From Dictyoglomus sp. NZ13-RE01 (GTDB lineage Bacteria; Dictyoglomota; Dictyoglomia; Dictyoglomales; Dictyoglomaceae): DNA of 64,000 bases. Of the stretch, positions 30,440 through 41,024 are shown one piece after another. Under the pieces are notes generated by a model. The model did no database searches. It saw nothing but the letters and a program-made list of their open reading frames with translations, and had not been told where the DNA came from. A program made the position numbers and the translations under genes. Each line of letters opens with the position of its first letter. Position 1 is the first letter of the stretch. The stretch lies in contig NIRF01000001.1 of assembly GCA_002878375.1 (NCBI GenBank), forward strand, positions 235,931-299,930. Direction: 5' to 3'.

Positions 30440-31158
30440 GCTACTATCCTCCTAAATACTTCCTCTAAATTTCTTGAATTATATTTCTCTTTTAATTCCT
30501 GAGGGGTACCCACATCTAAAATTTTTCCTTTATCAATAATTGCAACCCTGTCAGAAAGAAACTCTATCTCTAACATGTTATGAGAAGATAGAAGTACAGA
30601 TACTCCTTCTTCAACAAACTTTCTAATAATCTCTCTTATCTCAAGAGAATTAATAACATCCAATCCTGAGGTCGGCTCATCTAAAATTGCAAGCTTTGGC
30701 TTTATCATTAATGCTCTTGCAAGTAATAATTTTCTCACCATTCCTTTACTATAGGTCCCAACTTTATCCTTTAACCTATCCCCCAAACTTGCAATTTTCT
30801 TTGCTCTCTCAACAAACTCTTCTACCTCTCTACTATCTTGAGCATAAAAATTTGCCATAAACCGTAAATATTCAATTCCAGTCATATTTTTGTATGCTCC
30901 GGCTTCTTCAGGTAAATAACTTATTCCTTCTCTTATCTTCTCAGGATTTTTCTTTAAATCATAACCCATAAATTCAACTCTTCCATCAGAAGGGGTTAAA
31001 AGAGTTGCAATAATTCTTAGGGTTGTTGTTTTTCCTGCACCATTGGGACCAATAAGCGCAAAGATTTCACCTCTTTTTACTTCAAAACTGATCCCCTTCA
31101 AAGCCTCAAACTTTCCATAAGTTTTCTTAAGGTTTTCAACAATCAATATTTCATCCAC
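30436..31158 (-). CDS. ABC transporter ATP-binding protein (ABC-2 subfamily)
   Basis: Walker A GPNGAGKTT, signature YSKGMVRKL, Walker B LAILDEPTSGLD. Confidence 0.95.
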   Translation of the reverse strand: MDEILIVENLKKTYGKFEALKGISFEVKRGEIFALIGPNGAGKTTTLRIIATLLTPSDGRVEFMGYDLKKNPEKIREGISYLPEEAGAYKNMTGIEYLRFMANFYAQDSREVEEFVERAKKIASLGDRLKDKVGTYSKGMVRKLLLARALMIKPKLAILDEPTSGLDVINSLEIREIIRKFVEEGVSVLLSSHNMLEIEFLSDRVAIIDKGKILDVGTPQELKEKYNSRNLEEVFRRIVA

Positions 31159-31262
31159 AAAAAACTCCCCCTTTCATTATTTCTCCATGTCAATTTTACC
31201 ATAAAATATTACAATTTTTTTAAAAATCCTTTTAAAAATAAACTTTACTAATTCACTATGTT

Positions 31263-31317
31263 ATTGCAAAAGATTTGCAATTATCTTAAAATAATTAATG
31301 AAAAAAAAATTTGCAAT
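31263..31317. promoter_or_regulatory. Candidate Fur-family operator in the fur-feoABC promoter region
   Basis: 19-bp palindrome ATTGCAA-aagat-TTGCAAT (31263-31281), plus a third TTGCAAT half-site (31311-31317) immediately before the fur RBS. Confidence 0.45.
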
Positions 31318-31328
31318 AAGGAGAGCCT

Positions 31329-31778
31329 ATGAAGGAATTAAGAGAAAGTCTAAAAAACTTTGGTTTTAGATTGAGTAAACAAAGAATGCTTGTTTTACAA
31401 TTTTTTGAAGAGCATAAAACCGGACATTATTCTATAAATGACATTTACAAATATCTATCTGAAAAATATAGCAACATTTCCTATACTTCAGTTTACAGAA
31501 CCTGCAAACTTTTAGAAAAACTTGGATTAATAAGAGCAATCTCTTTTGAAGAGAGACATATCCATTACGAAAGCAATTTATCTCTTCATTTGCATTATCA
31601 ATGCCTAATTTGTGGAAAAGTTTTTGAGGATGAAAAAGAATGGATAAAAGAATTAGAAGAAAAACTTTATAGGGAAGATTTTGAAATTAAATCCTATAGA
31701 ATCCAAGTTTATGGCATATGTAGTGAATGTAGAAAGAGAGGTGAAAGCAATGGTAAAAACATTGTATCAAATGAATAA
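31329..31778 (+). CDS. fur: Fur family transcriptional regulator
   Basis: Winged-helix N-domain (RLSKQRMLVLQFF...SVYRTCKLLEKLGLI). HxH and CxxC...CxxC metal sites (HLHYQCLICG...GICSECR). Confidence 0.9.
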   Translation: MKELRESLKNFGFRLSKQRMLVLQFFEEHKTGHYSINDIYKYLSEKYSNISYTSVYRTCKLLEKLGLIRAISFEERHIHYESNLSLHLHYQCLICGKVFEDEKEWIKELEEKLYREDFEIKSYRIQVYGICSECRKRGESNGKNIVSNE

Positions 31779-31992
31779 AGGAGAAAAGGGTAAAATCCTT
31801 TTAATTAAAGGTGGAAGAGGAAAAATATTAAGATTGGCAGAGATGGGATTAATCCCAGGGGAAGAAGTAGTTTTATTGCAAAAGAGTATAGGACCAGTGA
31901 TTGTTAAGGTAAAAGATACTAATTTAGCCCTTGGACGTGGTATTGCAGAGTCGATTCTTGTGGAGGTTGAAACGAATGAAAAAGAAAATTAG
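31750..31992 (+). CDS. feoA: Ferrous iron transport protein A
   Basis: FeoA SH3-like domain LYQMNKGEKGKILLIKG...RLAEMGLIPGEEVVLL. ATG 31750 is preferred over the track start 31681. Confidence 0.9.
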   Translation: MVKTLYQMNKGEKGKILLIKGGRGKILRLAEMGLIPGEEVVLLQKSIGPVIVKVKDTNLALGRGIAESILVEVETNEKEN

Positions 31993-33946
31993 GGTTGCAT
32001 TAGCTGGAAATCCAAATGTAGGAAAAAGTACAGTTTTTAATCTTCTAACAGGTCTTAGACAACATGTGGGTAACTGGCCAGGTAAAACCGTTGAGAAAAA
32101 GGAAGGAATATATGAGACTAATAATTATATTATTGAAATTATTGACCTTCCAGGAACTTATAGCTTAAGCTATCATTCTTTAGAAGAACAAATAGCAAGA
32201 GATTTCATCATAAATGAAAAGCCAGACATTGTTGTAGTTATAGCGGACGCAACTGCTTTAGAAAGAAATTTATATCTTCTTTCTCAACTTTTGGAATTAC
32301 ATCCTAAAATCATCTTAGCAATTAATATGATTGATCTCCTTAAGGAGAAGAAGTACAAGCTTAATTTTGAGAGACTAAGTAAGAAATTAGGGATACCTGT
32401 AGTTCCTATGATTGCCAGCAAAGGTGAAGGTATCAAAGAACTTGTAAATAATATAATTAATCTATTTGAAAACAAAATTCAACTCAATCTAACATTACCA
32501 AATTATCAAGATTTAGAGCCTTTGATAAGTGAGTTAGAGAATATATTGTCATCAAAAGAATGTAGTATACCAGTTCGCTGGTTAGCAATTAAGATCTTAG
32601 AAAACGATCAAGAATTTATAGAATACGTTAAGAAAAATTATGATTTCACAATTATACAGAAAATTATTGGAAAGAGAGAAGATTTACCAGTATTAATTGC
32701 AAGCTATAGGTATAAATGGATTAAGGATTTATTAAAAGATGTACTGGAAAAGCCAAAAACTCAAGTTATAACCCTAACGGATAAGTTGGATACAGTATTT
32801 ACTCATCCAATTTTAGGATTTTTTATAGCATTATTTGTATTATTCTCCATATTTTACTTTACATACTTCATAAGTGGAATATTCATAGAACCATGGTCAA
32901 AAATCTTGGATTACTTTAAACTTCTTTTGCAAAATACCTTCAATTTTCTTCCCAATTTCCTAAATAACTTTACTTTTGATGGAATTTGGTCTGGTGTCTC
33001 TATATTATTTAATTTCATTCCACTATTAGTAATATTTCTCTTCTTTTTAGCATTATTAGAAGATACAGGGTATTTAGCAAGAATTGCTTTTGTAACGGAT
33101 AGACTTATGCACACTCTCGGACTACATGGAAAAAGTTTCATTCCACTCATTTTAAGCTCTGGATGCAATGTAGTTGGTATCATGGGAACGAGAACAATAG
33201 AGGATGAAAAAGATAGAACTCTTCTAATCTTAGTAAGTTCATTTATCCCTTGCCTACCAAGAATTATTGTTTCAGCCTTTTTTATTAGTATCTTTTTTCC
33301 AAAGTATTCCGCTTTAGTTTTAATTTCTCTATATTTAATTAGTTTATTTTCAGTATTCATTAATAGCAAAATAATTGGCAAATTCATCATTAAGACTTCA
33401 TTTAATCCCCTAATTATGGAATTACCGCTATATAAATTGCCAAACATGAAAGTAGTATTACTTTATATTTGGGAAAATTTAAAGTCCTTTCTTAGAAGAG
33501 CAGGTACAGTTATAGTTTTACTCTCTGGCATCATTTGGATTTTATCCAATTATCCCTCCTCTAATTTGGAAGATTCATTCTTATCTCAATTAGGAAAAAT
33601 AATTTTACCGATATTCAAGACTATGGGATTTAACTGGCAATTAGTTATTGCTTTAATAACTGGGTTTGTTGCAAAAGAGTCAAGCCTTTCTACCCTCTCT
33701 ACCATATATCAGAAAGCCGGTCTTGATTTAACACAGGCTTTAAAAACTCAATTTACTCCTACAACCATATATGCCTTTTTAGTTATGCAACTTTTATATA
33801 TACCTTGTTTAGCAACTTTAGCAACAATCTATAAAGAAACCCATTCTAAGAAGTGGACCGCCTTTAGTGTGTTCTACTCTTTAGTGTATGCCTACATTCT
33901 TTCCTTCATTGTATACATTATTGGAGGATTATTATGGAAGAGTTAA
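31976..33946 (+). CDS. feoB: Ferrous iron transport protein B
   Basis: N-terminal G-domain VALAGNPNVGKST...DLPGTYSL...NMIDL, followed by a polytopic membrane domain. ATG 31976 is preferred over 31931. Confidence 0.96.
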   Translation: MKKKIRVALAGNPNVGKSTVFNLLTGLRQHVGNWPGKTVEKKEGIYETNNYIIEIIDLPGTYSLSYHSLEEQIARDFIINEKPDIVVVIADATALERNLYLLSQLLELHPKIILAINMIDLLKEKKYKLNFERLSKKLGIPVVPMIASKGEGIKELVNNIINLFENKIQLNLTLPNYQDLEPLISELENILSSKECSIPVRWLAIKILENDQEFIEYVKKNYDFTIIQKIIGKREDLPVLIASYRYKWIKDLLKDVLEKPKTQVITLTDKLDTVFTHPILGFFIALFVLFSIFYFTYFISGIFIEPWSKILDYFKLLLQNTFNFLPNFLNNFTFDGIWSGVSILFNFIPLLVIFLFFLALLEDTGYLARIAFVTDRLMHTLGLHGKSFIPLILSSGCNVVGIMGTRTIEDEKDRTLLILVSSFIPCLPRIIVSAFFISIFFPKYSALVLISLYLISLFSVFINSKIIGKFIIKTSFNPLIMELPLYKLPNMKVVLLYIWENLKSFLRRAGTVIVLLSGIIWILSNYPSSNLEDSFLSQLGKIILPIFKTMGFNWQLVIALITGFVAKESSLSTLSTIYQKAGLDLTQALKTQFTPTTIYAFLVMQLLYIPCLATLATIYKETHSKKWTAFSVFYSLVYAYILSFIVYIIGGLLWKS

Positions 33947-34152
33947 AAAATGTTTTGGATTTCATTAGAAAAAATAAAATTGTTTCAATAAATGAGATAA
34001 AAACAAAGTTCCATCTCTCTGATGAAGAGATGGAACTTATTATCATCCAACTAAAGGATTTAGGATTTTTTATTAGTAAAGAAGAAAACAAGTGTAAAAG
34101 TTGTCCATATTTTAAATCCTGCTCTCAAGGATGTCTGAAATCTGATCTCTAA
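33934..34152 (+). CDS. FeoC-like winged-helix protein with a Cys cluster
   Basis: 72 aa, 13-nt overlap with feoB. Winged-helix-like N-terminus plus CKSCPYFKSCSQGC, resembling the FeoC Cys-rich region. Confidence 0.65.
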   Translation: MEELKNVLDFIRKNKIVSINEIKTKFHLSDEEMELIIIQLKDLGFFISKEENKCKSCPYFKSCSQGCLKSDL

Positions 34153-34840
34153 TATTCTTAATAACTTGTGCAGGATTATCACTCTTAGTTATAGGTCTAC
34201 CAATTACTAAGAAATCTGATCCTTTTTCCATTGCCTCTCTTGGTGTCATAACCCTTTTCTGATCATCTTTTAAATTCTTCTCAAGTCTTATTCCAGGTGT
34301 AACAATTATGAGTCTTTTTTTAATGTTATTTCTTATTAATTCAATCTCCCAAGGGGATGCTACAACACCATCTAAACCTGTTTCCTGTGCTAACTGGGCT
34401 AAGAATAAAACTTGTTCAGGTAATGAACGAGAAATTCCCCAACTTCTTCTTAATGTTTCTTCAGAAAAACTTGTTAAAACAGTAATCCCTAATAAATAAG
34501 GAGTATCTGTATGATTCTCATTTTTAAATCTCTCTACCACCTCCACAGATTTTTTAAGCATTTCCTCTCCACCTAAAATATGAAGTGTTAACATCATTGG
34601 GTTCAATTCTAATAACTTTTCTATGGTTCTAACTACTGTATTTGGTATGTCAAATAACTTTAGGTCTATAAAAACTTCCCCTCCTAACTCCTTAATCTTT
34701 GTCACAATCTTAGGACCAGCGGAAGAGAATAACTCTAACCCAACCTTAAAATTCTTCACATAAGGGAGCAAAGTCTCAACCATATGAAGAGCTTCAGACT
34801 CGGTAGGAAAATCTAAGGCAACAATAATAGGATCCTTCAT
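34112..34840 (-). CDS. pyrF: Orotidine 5'-phosphate decarboxylase
   Basis: IVALD, FIDLKLFDIPNTV and VIGRPIT. Confidence 0.95.
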   Translation of the reverse strand: MKDPIIVALDFPTESEALHMVETLLPYVKNFKVGLELFSSAGPKIVTKIKELGGEVFIDLKLFDIPNTVVRTIEKLLELNPMMLTLHILGGEEMLKKSVEVVERFKNENHTDTPYLLGITVLTSFSEETLRRSWGISRSLPEQVLFLAQLAQETGLDGVVASPWEIELIRNNIKKRLIIVTPGIRLEKNLKDDQKRVMTPREAMEKGSDFLVIGRPITKSDNPAQVIKNIRDQISDILESRI

Positions 34841-35760
34841 AGGATATTATCCTCCTTTCTTTTATGAGCAAAACCTATTAAATCTTGAATACTCTCATCT
34901 TCTATATTCCTATACAGATCTTCTACTAACTCTTTTCCAATCATAGGATTTATAAAATTAGCTGTTCCAACCTCTACTAATGATGCACCAGCAAGAATAT
35001 ATTCTAAAACATCAGTATAATTTATAATTCCACCGCATCCTATAATAGTAATACCTGTTTTCTCATAAACTTCCCATACATATCTAAGAACTAAAGGTTT
35101 CACTGCAGGACCTGAGTATCCAGCAAAAATTCTCTTAAAAGCAGGTTTCCTATTCTTCCAATCAATAGCCATTCCTAAGAAAGTATTAAATAGGACTACA
35201 ACATTTACTCCAACATTTTTTAGCCCTAAAACTATATCGACTATATCTTTTGCTTCAGGGGAAAGTTTCACCCACACCGGCTTTTTTGAAATCTTCAATA
35301 CCTTTTTTACCAAACTTATTAGAGAATCCTTATCAACCCCAAAATGCATTCCACCTTTATCTACATTAGGACAGGAAACATTTAATTCTATAGCAGATAC
35401 CTTTGTATCATTTAAACTCTTAATGAGATCCAGATATTCACTCTCACTCTCTCCTGCAATTGAAACAATTATATTAGTATCTATCCTTTGAAGTTTTTCT
35501 ATTTCTTCACATAGAAATGCTTCTATTCCTGGATTTTCTAAACCTATAGAATTTAATATACCAGAATAAGCTTCCCATATTCTTGGAGGAGGGTTACCTT
35601 TTCGGGGTTTTAAGGTTATACTCTTTGTAACTATTCCTCCTAAAATACTTAAATCATAAAATTTTGATATCTCTTCTCCAAAACCAATAGTTCCTGATGC
35701 TAATAATATAGGATTTTTAAAAGTAAGATCTCCAATCTTAACTTCCAATCTATTATTCAT
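34837..35760 (-). CDS. pyrD: Dihydroorotate dehydrogenase B, catalytic subunit
   Basis: ASGTIGFG, NVSCPN and GCGGI. Paired with pyrK. Confidence 0.95.
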   Translation of the reverse strand: MNNRLEVKIGDLTFKNPILLASGTIGFGEEISKFYDLSILGGIVTKSITLKPRKGNPPPRIWEAYSGILNSIGLENPGIEAFLCEEIEKLQRIDTNIIVSIAGESESEYLDLIKSLNDTKVSAIELNVSCPNVDKGGMHFGVDKDSLISLVKKVLKISKKPVWVKLSPEAKDIVDIVLGLKNVGVNVVVLFNTFLGMAIDWKNRKPAFKRIFAGYSGPAVKPLVLRYVWEVYEKTGITIIGCGGIINYTDVLEYILAGASLVEVGTANFINPMIGKELVEDLYRNIEDESIQDLIGFAHKRKEDNIL

Positions 35761-36503
35761 AGTATTACCTCAGCTCCTGATAAAACTGGACCATCCTTAC
35801 ATATATGCATATTTTTATCCTTTCCCCCTATATAACAGCTTAGGCATATCCCAATCCCACAACCCATTCTCTCCTCCAAAGACAAATATAATTTTCCTTT
35901 GTCCTCTATCATTTCCCATATTTTTTTCAACATTAATATGGGACCACAGGCGTAAATGAGATCATACCTATCTAAATCCTCTATATAATCTGTAATTATT
36001 CCTCTATTACCTAAACTTCCATCCTCAGTGGTAATTACCAAGCTATGTGAATTATCAATGAAATTAGAAAGAATAATATTAGGTACATAAGTTGAAAATC
36101 CCAAATAAATATCAGGCTTTATTCCCCCTCTATTCAGTTCTAACAGCAAAAAGTTTAATGGAGCAATTCCTATACCACCTCCTATTATTGCGATTTTTTT
36201 AGAAACCTCAGGGTATGGAAAACCTCTTCCCAAAGGAGCCAATACTTTTAGTTTTTCTCCTCTTTTTCTTTCTGAAAGTAAACTTGTACCTCTTCCTTTT
36301 ATTTGATACAAAAATTCCAAGGAATCTTCTGAAGCATTATAAAAACTAAAGGGTCTTGAAAGTAATGGGTCTAAACTATTATTTATTCTTATCATAGCAA
36401 ACTGTCCGGGATATATTTGAAAATCAAAATTATTTTTAATCTTTAAAAGATATATATCTTTGAATAAATTTTTATTTTCTAAGATCTCACAATCTCTATA
36501 CAT
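35757..36503 (-). CDS. pyrK: Dihydroorotate dehydrogenase B, electron-transfer (FAD/2Fe-2S) subunit
   Basis: RPFSF, GGGIGIAP, and the C-terminal cluster MGCGIGICLSC...C. Confidence 0.93.
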   Translation of the reverse strand: MYRDCEILENKNLFKDIYLLKIKNNFDFQIYPGQFAMIRINNSLDPLLSRPFSFYNASEDSLEFLYQIKGRGTSLLSERKRGEKLKVLAPLGRGFPYPEVSKKIAIIGGGIGIAPLNFLLLELNRGGIKPDIYLGFSTYVPNIILSNFIDNSHSLVITTEDGSLGNRGIITDYIEDLDRYDLIYACGPILMLKKIWEMIEDKGKLYLSLEERMGCGIGICLSCYIGGKDKNMHICKDGPVLSGAEVIL

Positions 36504-37794
36504 TTACTATCCTACCCTCTTTATATACAATCTTCCCATCTACTATGGTTAAGACTGGCCACCCTTTTAAACTCCATCCTTTAAAAGGAGTGTTTTTACC
36601 AAGAGAGAAAAATTCGTCAGGGTTAACCTTCTTTTCTAAATTAAGGTCGATCATAGTAAGGTTTGCCTTTAGTCCTTTAGCTAAAGGTGTATAAGGAATA
36701 TTAAAAATCTTTGCAGGATTATAAGACAATTTTTTAAATAATTTTAAGAGTGGAATTTTTCTCTCATAATAACCGTATGTTATAATGAGAGGTATAACCG
36801 TCTCTATTCCGGAAATTCCAAATTCTGCTAAGTTATATTCCTTTTCTTTATCATCTCTATGATGCGGTGCATGATCAGATGCAATTACATCTATAATATC
36901 TTCATCCAAAGCTTTCCAAAGACTATCAACATCCTCCTTTGTTCTTAAAGGAGGATTAACCTTTGTATCTGGATCATAATTCGTCTTAATTATGTAATCT
37001 TCCGTTAAAGTTAAATGATGAGGAGTTACTTCACATGTAACCTTTATATTATTCTTTTTACCCCATTTTATCATTTCTATACTTTGCCATGTAGAAACAT
37101 GGGCAATATGTATTTTCCCACCTGTTAATTGAGACAAAAATATATCCCTTATTACAATACTTGACTCTGCAACCCAAGGAATTCCTTTGAGTCCTAAGAT
37201 TGTAGCTGTTTTACCCCAATTAATAGAACCTTCGCTCGATAAATTTACATCTTCACAGTGTTCAACAATTGGAACATCAAACATTTTTGAGTATTCTAAA
37301 GCACATCTCAATAACTCACTATTCATTACACAATTTCCATCATCAGAGAAGGCTTTTGCACCAGCACGATACATATCTCCAAGTTCTGTCAATTCCTTTC
37401 CTTCTCTTCCCTTTGTAATTGCTCCCATAGGATATATCTTTATGATGTTAATCTCCTCCGCTCTCCTTCTAACATAATTGACCATGGCACTATTATCAAT
37501 TGAAGGGTCTGTATTTGGCATACATAAAACTCCTGTAAATCCGCCAGCTGCTCCTGCCATACTTCCAGTAAGCATATTCTCCTTCCATTCATATCCAGGC
37601 TCCCTAAAATGAACATGGGTATCTATTAAGCTTGGTACAATAATCTTCCCTTCCCCATTAATCTCTTCTGCATCTGAAACTCTAATATATTCATCAATCT
37701 CTCTTATAATTCCATCCTCAATTAAGATATCTTTCTTTTCCTGAAAGTCTTTTTCTGGATGAATAAGAAGTACATCATGAATTAAAAGTCTCAT
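36496..37794 (-). CDS. pyrC: Dihydroorotase
   Basis: [10 protein letters not shown], and DHAPH in [10 protein letters not shown]. Confidence 0.95.
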   Translation of the reverse strand: MRLLIHDVLLIHPEKDFQEKKDILIEDGIIREIDEYIRVSDAEEINGEGKIIVPSLIDTHVHFREPGYEWKENMLTGSMAGAAGGFTGVLCMPNTDPSIDNSAMVNYVRRRAEEINIIKIYPMGAITKGREGKELTELGDMYRAGAKAFSDDGNCVMNSELLRCALEYSKMFDVPIVEHCEDVNLSSEGSINWGKTATILGLKGIPWVAESSIVIRDIFLSQLTGGKIHIAHVSTWQSIEMIKWGKKNNIKVTCEVTPHHLTLTEDYIIKTNYDPDTKVNPPLRTKEDVDSLWKALDEDIIDVIASDHAPHHRDDKEKEYNLAEFGISGIETVIPLIITYGYYERKIPLLKLFKKLSYNPAKIFNIPYTPLAKGLKANLTMIDLNLEKKVNPDEFFSLGKNTPFKGWSLKGWPVLTIVDGKIVYKEGRIVNV

Positions 37795-38719
37795 CCAATT
37801 TACCTCCTCCCAATATGAGGTAAAGAATTGCCATTCTTATTGCAACACCATTTGTAACCTGTTCATTTATAACTGAATATTTACTATCAGCCACTTCAGA
37901 TGTTATCTCTACTCCTCTATTCATAGGACCGGGATGCATAATTAGAACATCCTTCTTAGCTTTTTTAACTCTTTCTTCGGTAATGCCAAAAAGCATATTA
38001 TACTCTCTGAGAGTAGGAAATAATCCCTTCTTTTGTCTTTCAAGCTGCAGCCTTAAAACATATATGATGTCTGCAGATTTTATAGCGGAGTCTACATCAT
38101 AGGTAACTTGAACGCCTAAATCCTCAATTCCTGGAGGTATTAATGTGCTTGGTCCACAAACTACTACCTCATTTCCAAGGGTCTTCCAAGCATATATATT
38201 TGATCTTGCCACTCTACTATGCATTATATCTCCAACAATAGCAACTTTTAAATCGCTTATTTTCTTTTTCTTTTCGAAAACCGTAAACACATCAAGAAGG
38301 GCTTGAGTTGGATGTTCATGCATACCATCGCCAGCATTTATCACAGAGCACGACACATTTTGAGCAATAAAATTACAAACCCCAGAAGAACTATGTCTTA
38401 TTATGAAAGCATCAATTCCCATAGCTTCCAAAGTCTTTACTGTATCTAATAAAGTTTCTCCCTTTTGCACACTACTTACTGATACTGATATACTTATGGT
38501 ATCAGCACTTAAATATTTTGCAGCAAGTTCAAAAGAAGATCTCGTTCGTGTACTTGGCTCATAGAATAATGTACATATTGTTCTTCCTCTTAGAGTAGGC
38601 ACTTTCTTTATAGTTCTTTTAAGAATTTCTTTCATAGAATTAGCAGTCTCGATAATTAACAAAATATCATCTTTACTTAACTGTTCAATTCCAAGAAGAT
38701 GTTTATGATTCCATCTCAT
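37775..38719 (-). CDS. pyrB: Aspartate carbamoyltransferase catalytic subunit
   Basis: [15 protein letters not shown] and [11 protein letters not shown] 38719 follows GAGGTGA. The track GTG at 38728 is part of that RBS. Confidence 0.95.
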   Translation of the reverse strand: MRWNHKHLLGIEQLSKDDILLIIETANSMKEILKRTIKKVPTLRGRTICTLFYEPSTRTRSSFELAAKYLSADTISISVSVSSVQKGETLLDTVKTLEAMGIDAFIIRHSSSGVCNFIAQNVSCSVINAGDGMHEHPTQALLDVFTVFEKKKKISDLKVAIVGDIMHSRVARSNIYAWKTLGNEVVVCGPSTLIPPGIEDLGVQVTYDVDSAIKSADIIYVLRLQLERQKKGLFPTLREYNMLFGITEERVKKAKKDVLIMHPGPMNRGVEITSEVADSKYSVINEQVTNGVAIRMAILYLILGGGKLDETFNS

Positions 38720-38729
38720 AAATATCACC

Positions 38730-39410
<681 letters not shown>

Positions 39411-39489
39411 GTCGGTTTATTATAAGGGGAAAATTTAAAAGTGTCAATTTAATCTTTACCATTTTTCTTTATAGTATTATAATAAAGTC

Positions 39490-40227
39490 ATGATTAAAAA
39501 AGAGATGGAAAATGTTAAATTTAACATAAATTTTATCGTTATAATACTACTCACAATATTTATTAACCTTTTTCCCTTTAGTAGTAATAAAGAATTAATA
39601 GTAAGCTCCTATGCTTTAATATTTGATATAATTTTAGTTTTATTAAGTTTTTACAAAATATTTAAAACTCCTCAAATAAAAGATTATATTAAATTTCTTT
39701 TTATTTCTTTTTTACTTTGGACCATTGGTGATTTTGTGATTTTTTACAAAATCTTTACCAATATTCCCATTAAGTTTGTAGGTCTTGAGGATGTATTTTA
39801 TATTCTATTTCCTATACCAATTTTTCTTCTCTACTTGCATTTTTTCAAAGAAAGAAGTTTCAACATTCAAAAACCATTCATTATTCTTGGATTATTAGCT
39901 TTTATTGTTCTTTTATTAGGAATAGCTTATCCATTGATAGCTTACAGCTCTTACTTTTCAATAATTGAAAAAATAGTGTGGATATACTACGCTATCACCG
40001 ATTTTCTATTAATATTCCTATCCATCTCTTATATTCAATCTTTAAAAAGAGATTCATCTTATTACCTTTTCTTTGCAATTTTCTTATTCTCTTTATTATA
40101 TGGTTTAGCGGATATGATATTCTCTATGAGTTCAATATGGCTTAATCCTTTAGAGAATCTTACTAATACCTCGTTAATATATGAATTATCCTTTATACCT
40201 ATCTTATGGTATTTAACTAACTATTAA
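39490..40227 (+). CDS. Polytopic membrane protein of unknown function (about 7 TM, no soluble domain)
   Basis: 245 aa, hydrophobic throughout. It resembles the stand-alone membrane sensor modules of signalling proteins but carries no output domain. Confidence 0.55.
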   Translation: MIKKEMENVKFNINFIVIILLTIFINLFPFSSNKELIVSSYALIFDIILVLLSFYKIFKTPQIKDYIKFLFISFLLWTIGDFVIFYKIFTNIPIKFVGLEDVFYILFPIPIFLLYLHFFKERSFNIQKPFIILGLLAFIVLLLGIAYPLIAYSSYFSIIEKIVWIYYAITDFLLIFLSISYIQSLKRDSSYYLFFAIFLFSLLYGLADMIFSMSSIWLNPLENLTNTSLIYELSFIPILWYLTNY

Positions 40228-40251
40228 TAAAAATTAAGGAGGTAAGGGCTT

Positions 40252-41021
40252 ATGAAAGAAAAAAGGGAACCAGTAGTCTTAATCAATAATGGAGAAAAAA
40301 TATTTGGAGTTATTCACATTCCTGAAAAAACACCTACACCTTTTGTTTTACTTTGTCATGGATTCACTGGTACAAAAATAGAACCCCACAGAATTTTTGT
40401 CAAAACTGCAGAAGCTTTGACAAACGCAGGAATAGGAGCTCTTCGAATTGATTTTAGAGGATCAGGAGATAGCGAAGGTTCATTCAAGGATATGACTTTA
40501 GAAGGAGAAATATCTGATGCCATGGTGGCAATTGATTATTTATTGAACAATGAATTTGTAGATAAAGAAAAAATTGGAATATTAGGATTGTCCATGGGTG
40601 GGGCTGTTGCAAGTATGGTTTCTGGAAGAAACAACCACATTAAATCTTGTGTCTTGTGGTCTGCTGTTTGCCATTTTGATATATTTTTCAATAGAAGTCC
40701 AGAAGAAATGGGAAAAATTAAGGATTATGGAGATTTCTTAGACTTAGGCGGAAATCCAGTCGGAAAAAATTTTTAGCAGAAATAGCTACTAAAAAGCCAT
40801 TAGAGGAAATTAAGAGAAGACCCCTACCTGTTTTAATAATTCATGGCTCTGGTGATTTTGTAGTACCTATACAACATGCCTATGATTATTTCAATGGTCT
40901 CAAAGATACACACAAAGTTAAATTAGAAATTATTGAGCAAGCAGATCACACATTTAACTCCATTGAATGGGAAACCCAAGTAATAAATAAAACTGTTGAA
41001 TGGTTTAAAAATACTTTATAA
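40252..41021 (+). pseudogene. Alpha/beta hydrolase (dienelactone hydrolase/BAAT-like), interrupted by a 1-nt frameshift
   Basis: Frame 1 (40252-40776) encodes HGFTG and the nucleophile elbow GLSMGG, then stops at TAG 40774-40776. The -1 frame from 40776 continues AEIATKKPLEEIKRRPLPVLIIHGSGDFVVP...ADHTFNS...WFKNTL, stopping at 41019-41021 and carrying the catalytic Asp and His. The break lies in the GGAAAAAATTTTTAG tract. Confidence 0.8.
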
Positions 41022-41024
41022 AAA

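Noticed and set aside
31681-31975. Longer track starts for feoA (31681) and feoB (31931)
   Set aside because: The extensions are read-through of the upstream gene's 3' region in another frame. The conserved N-termini begin at ATG 31750 and ATG 31976.
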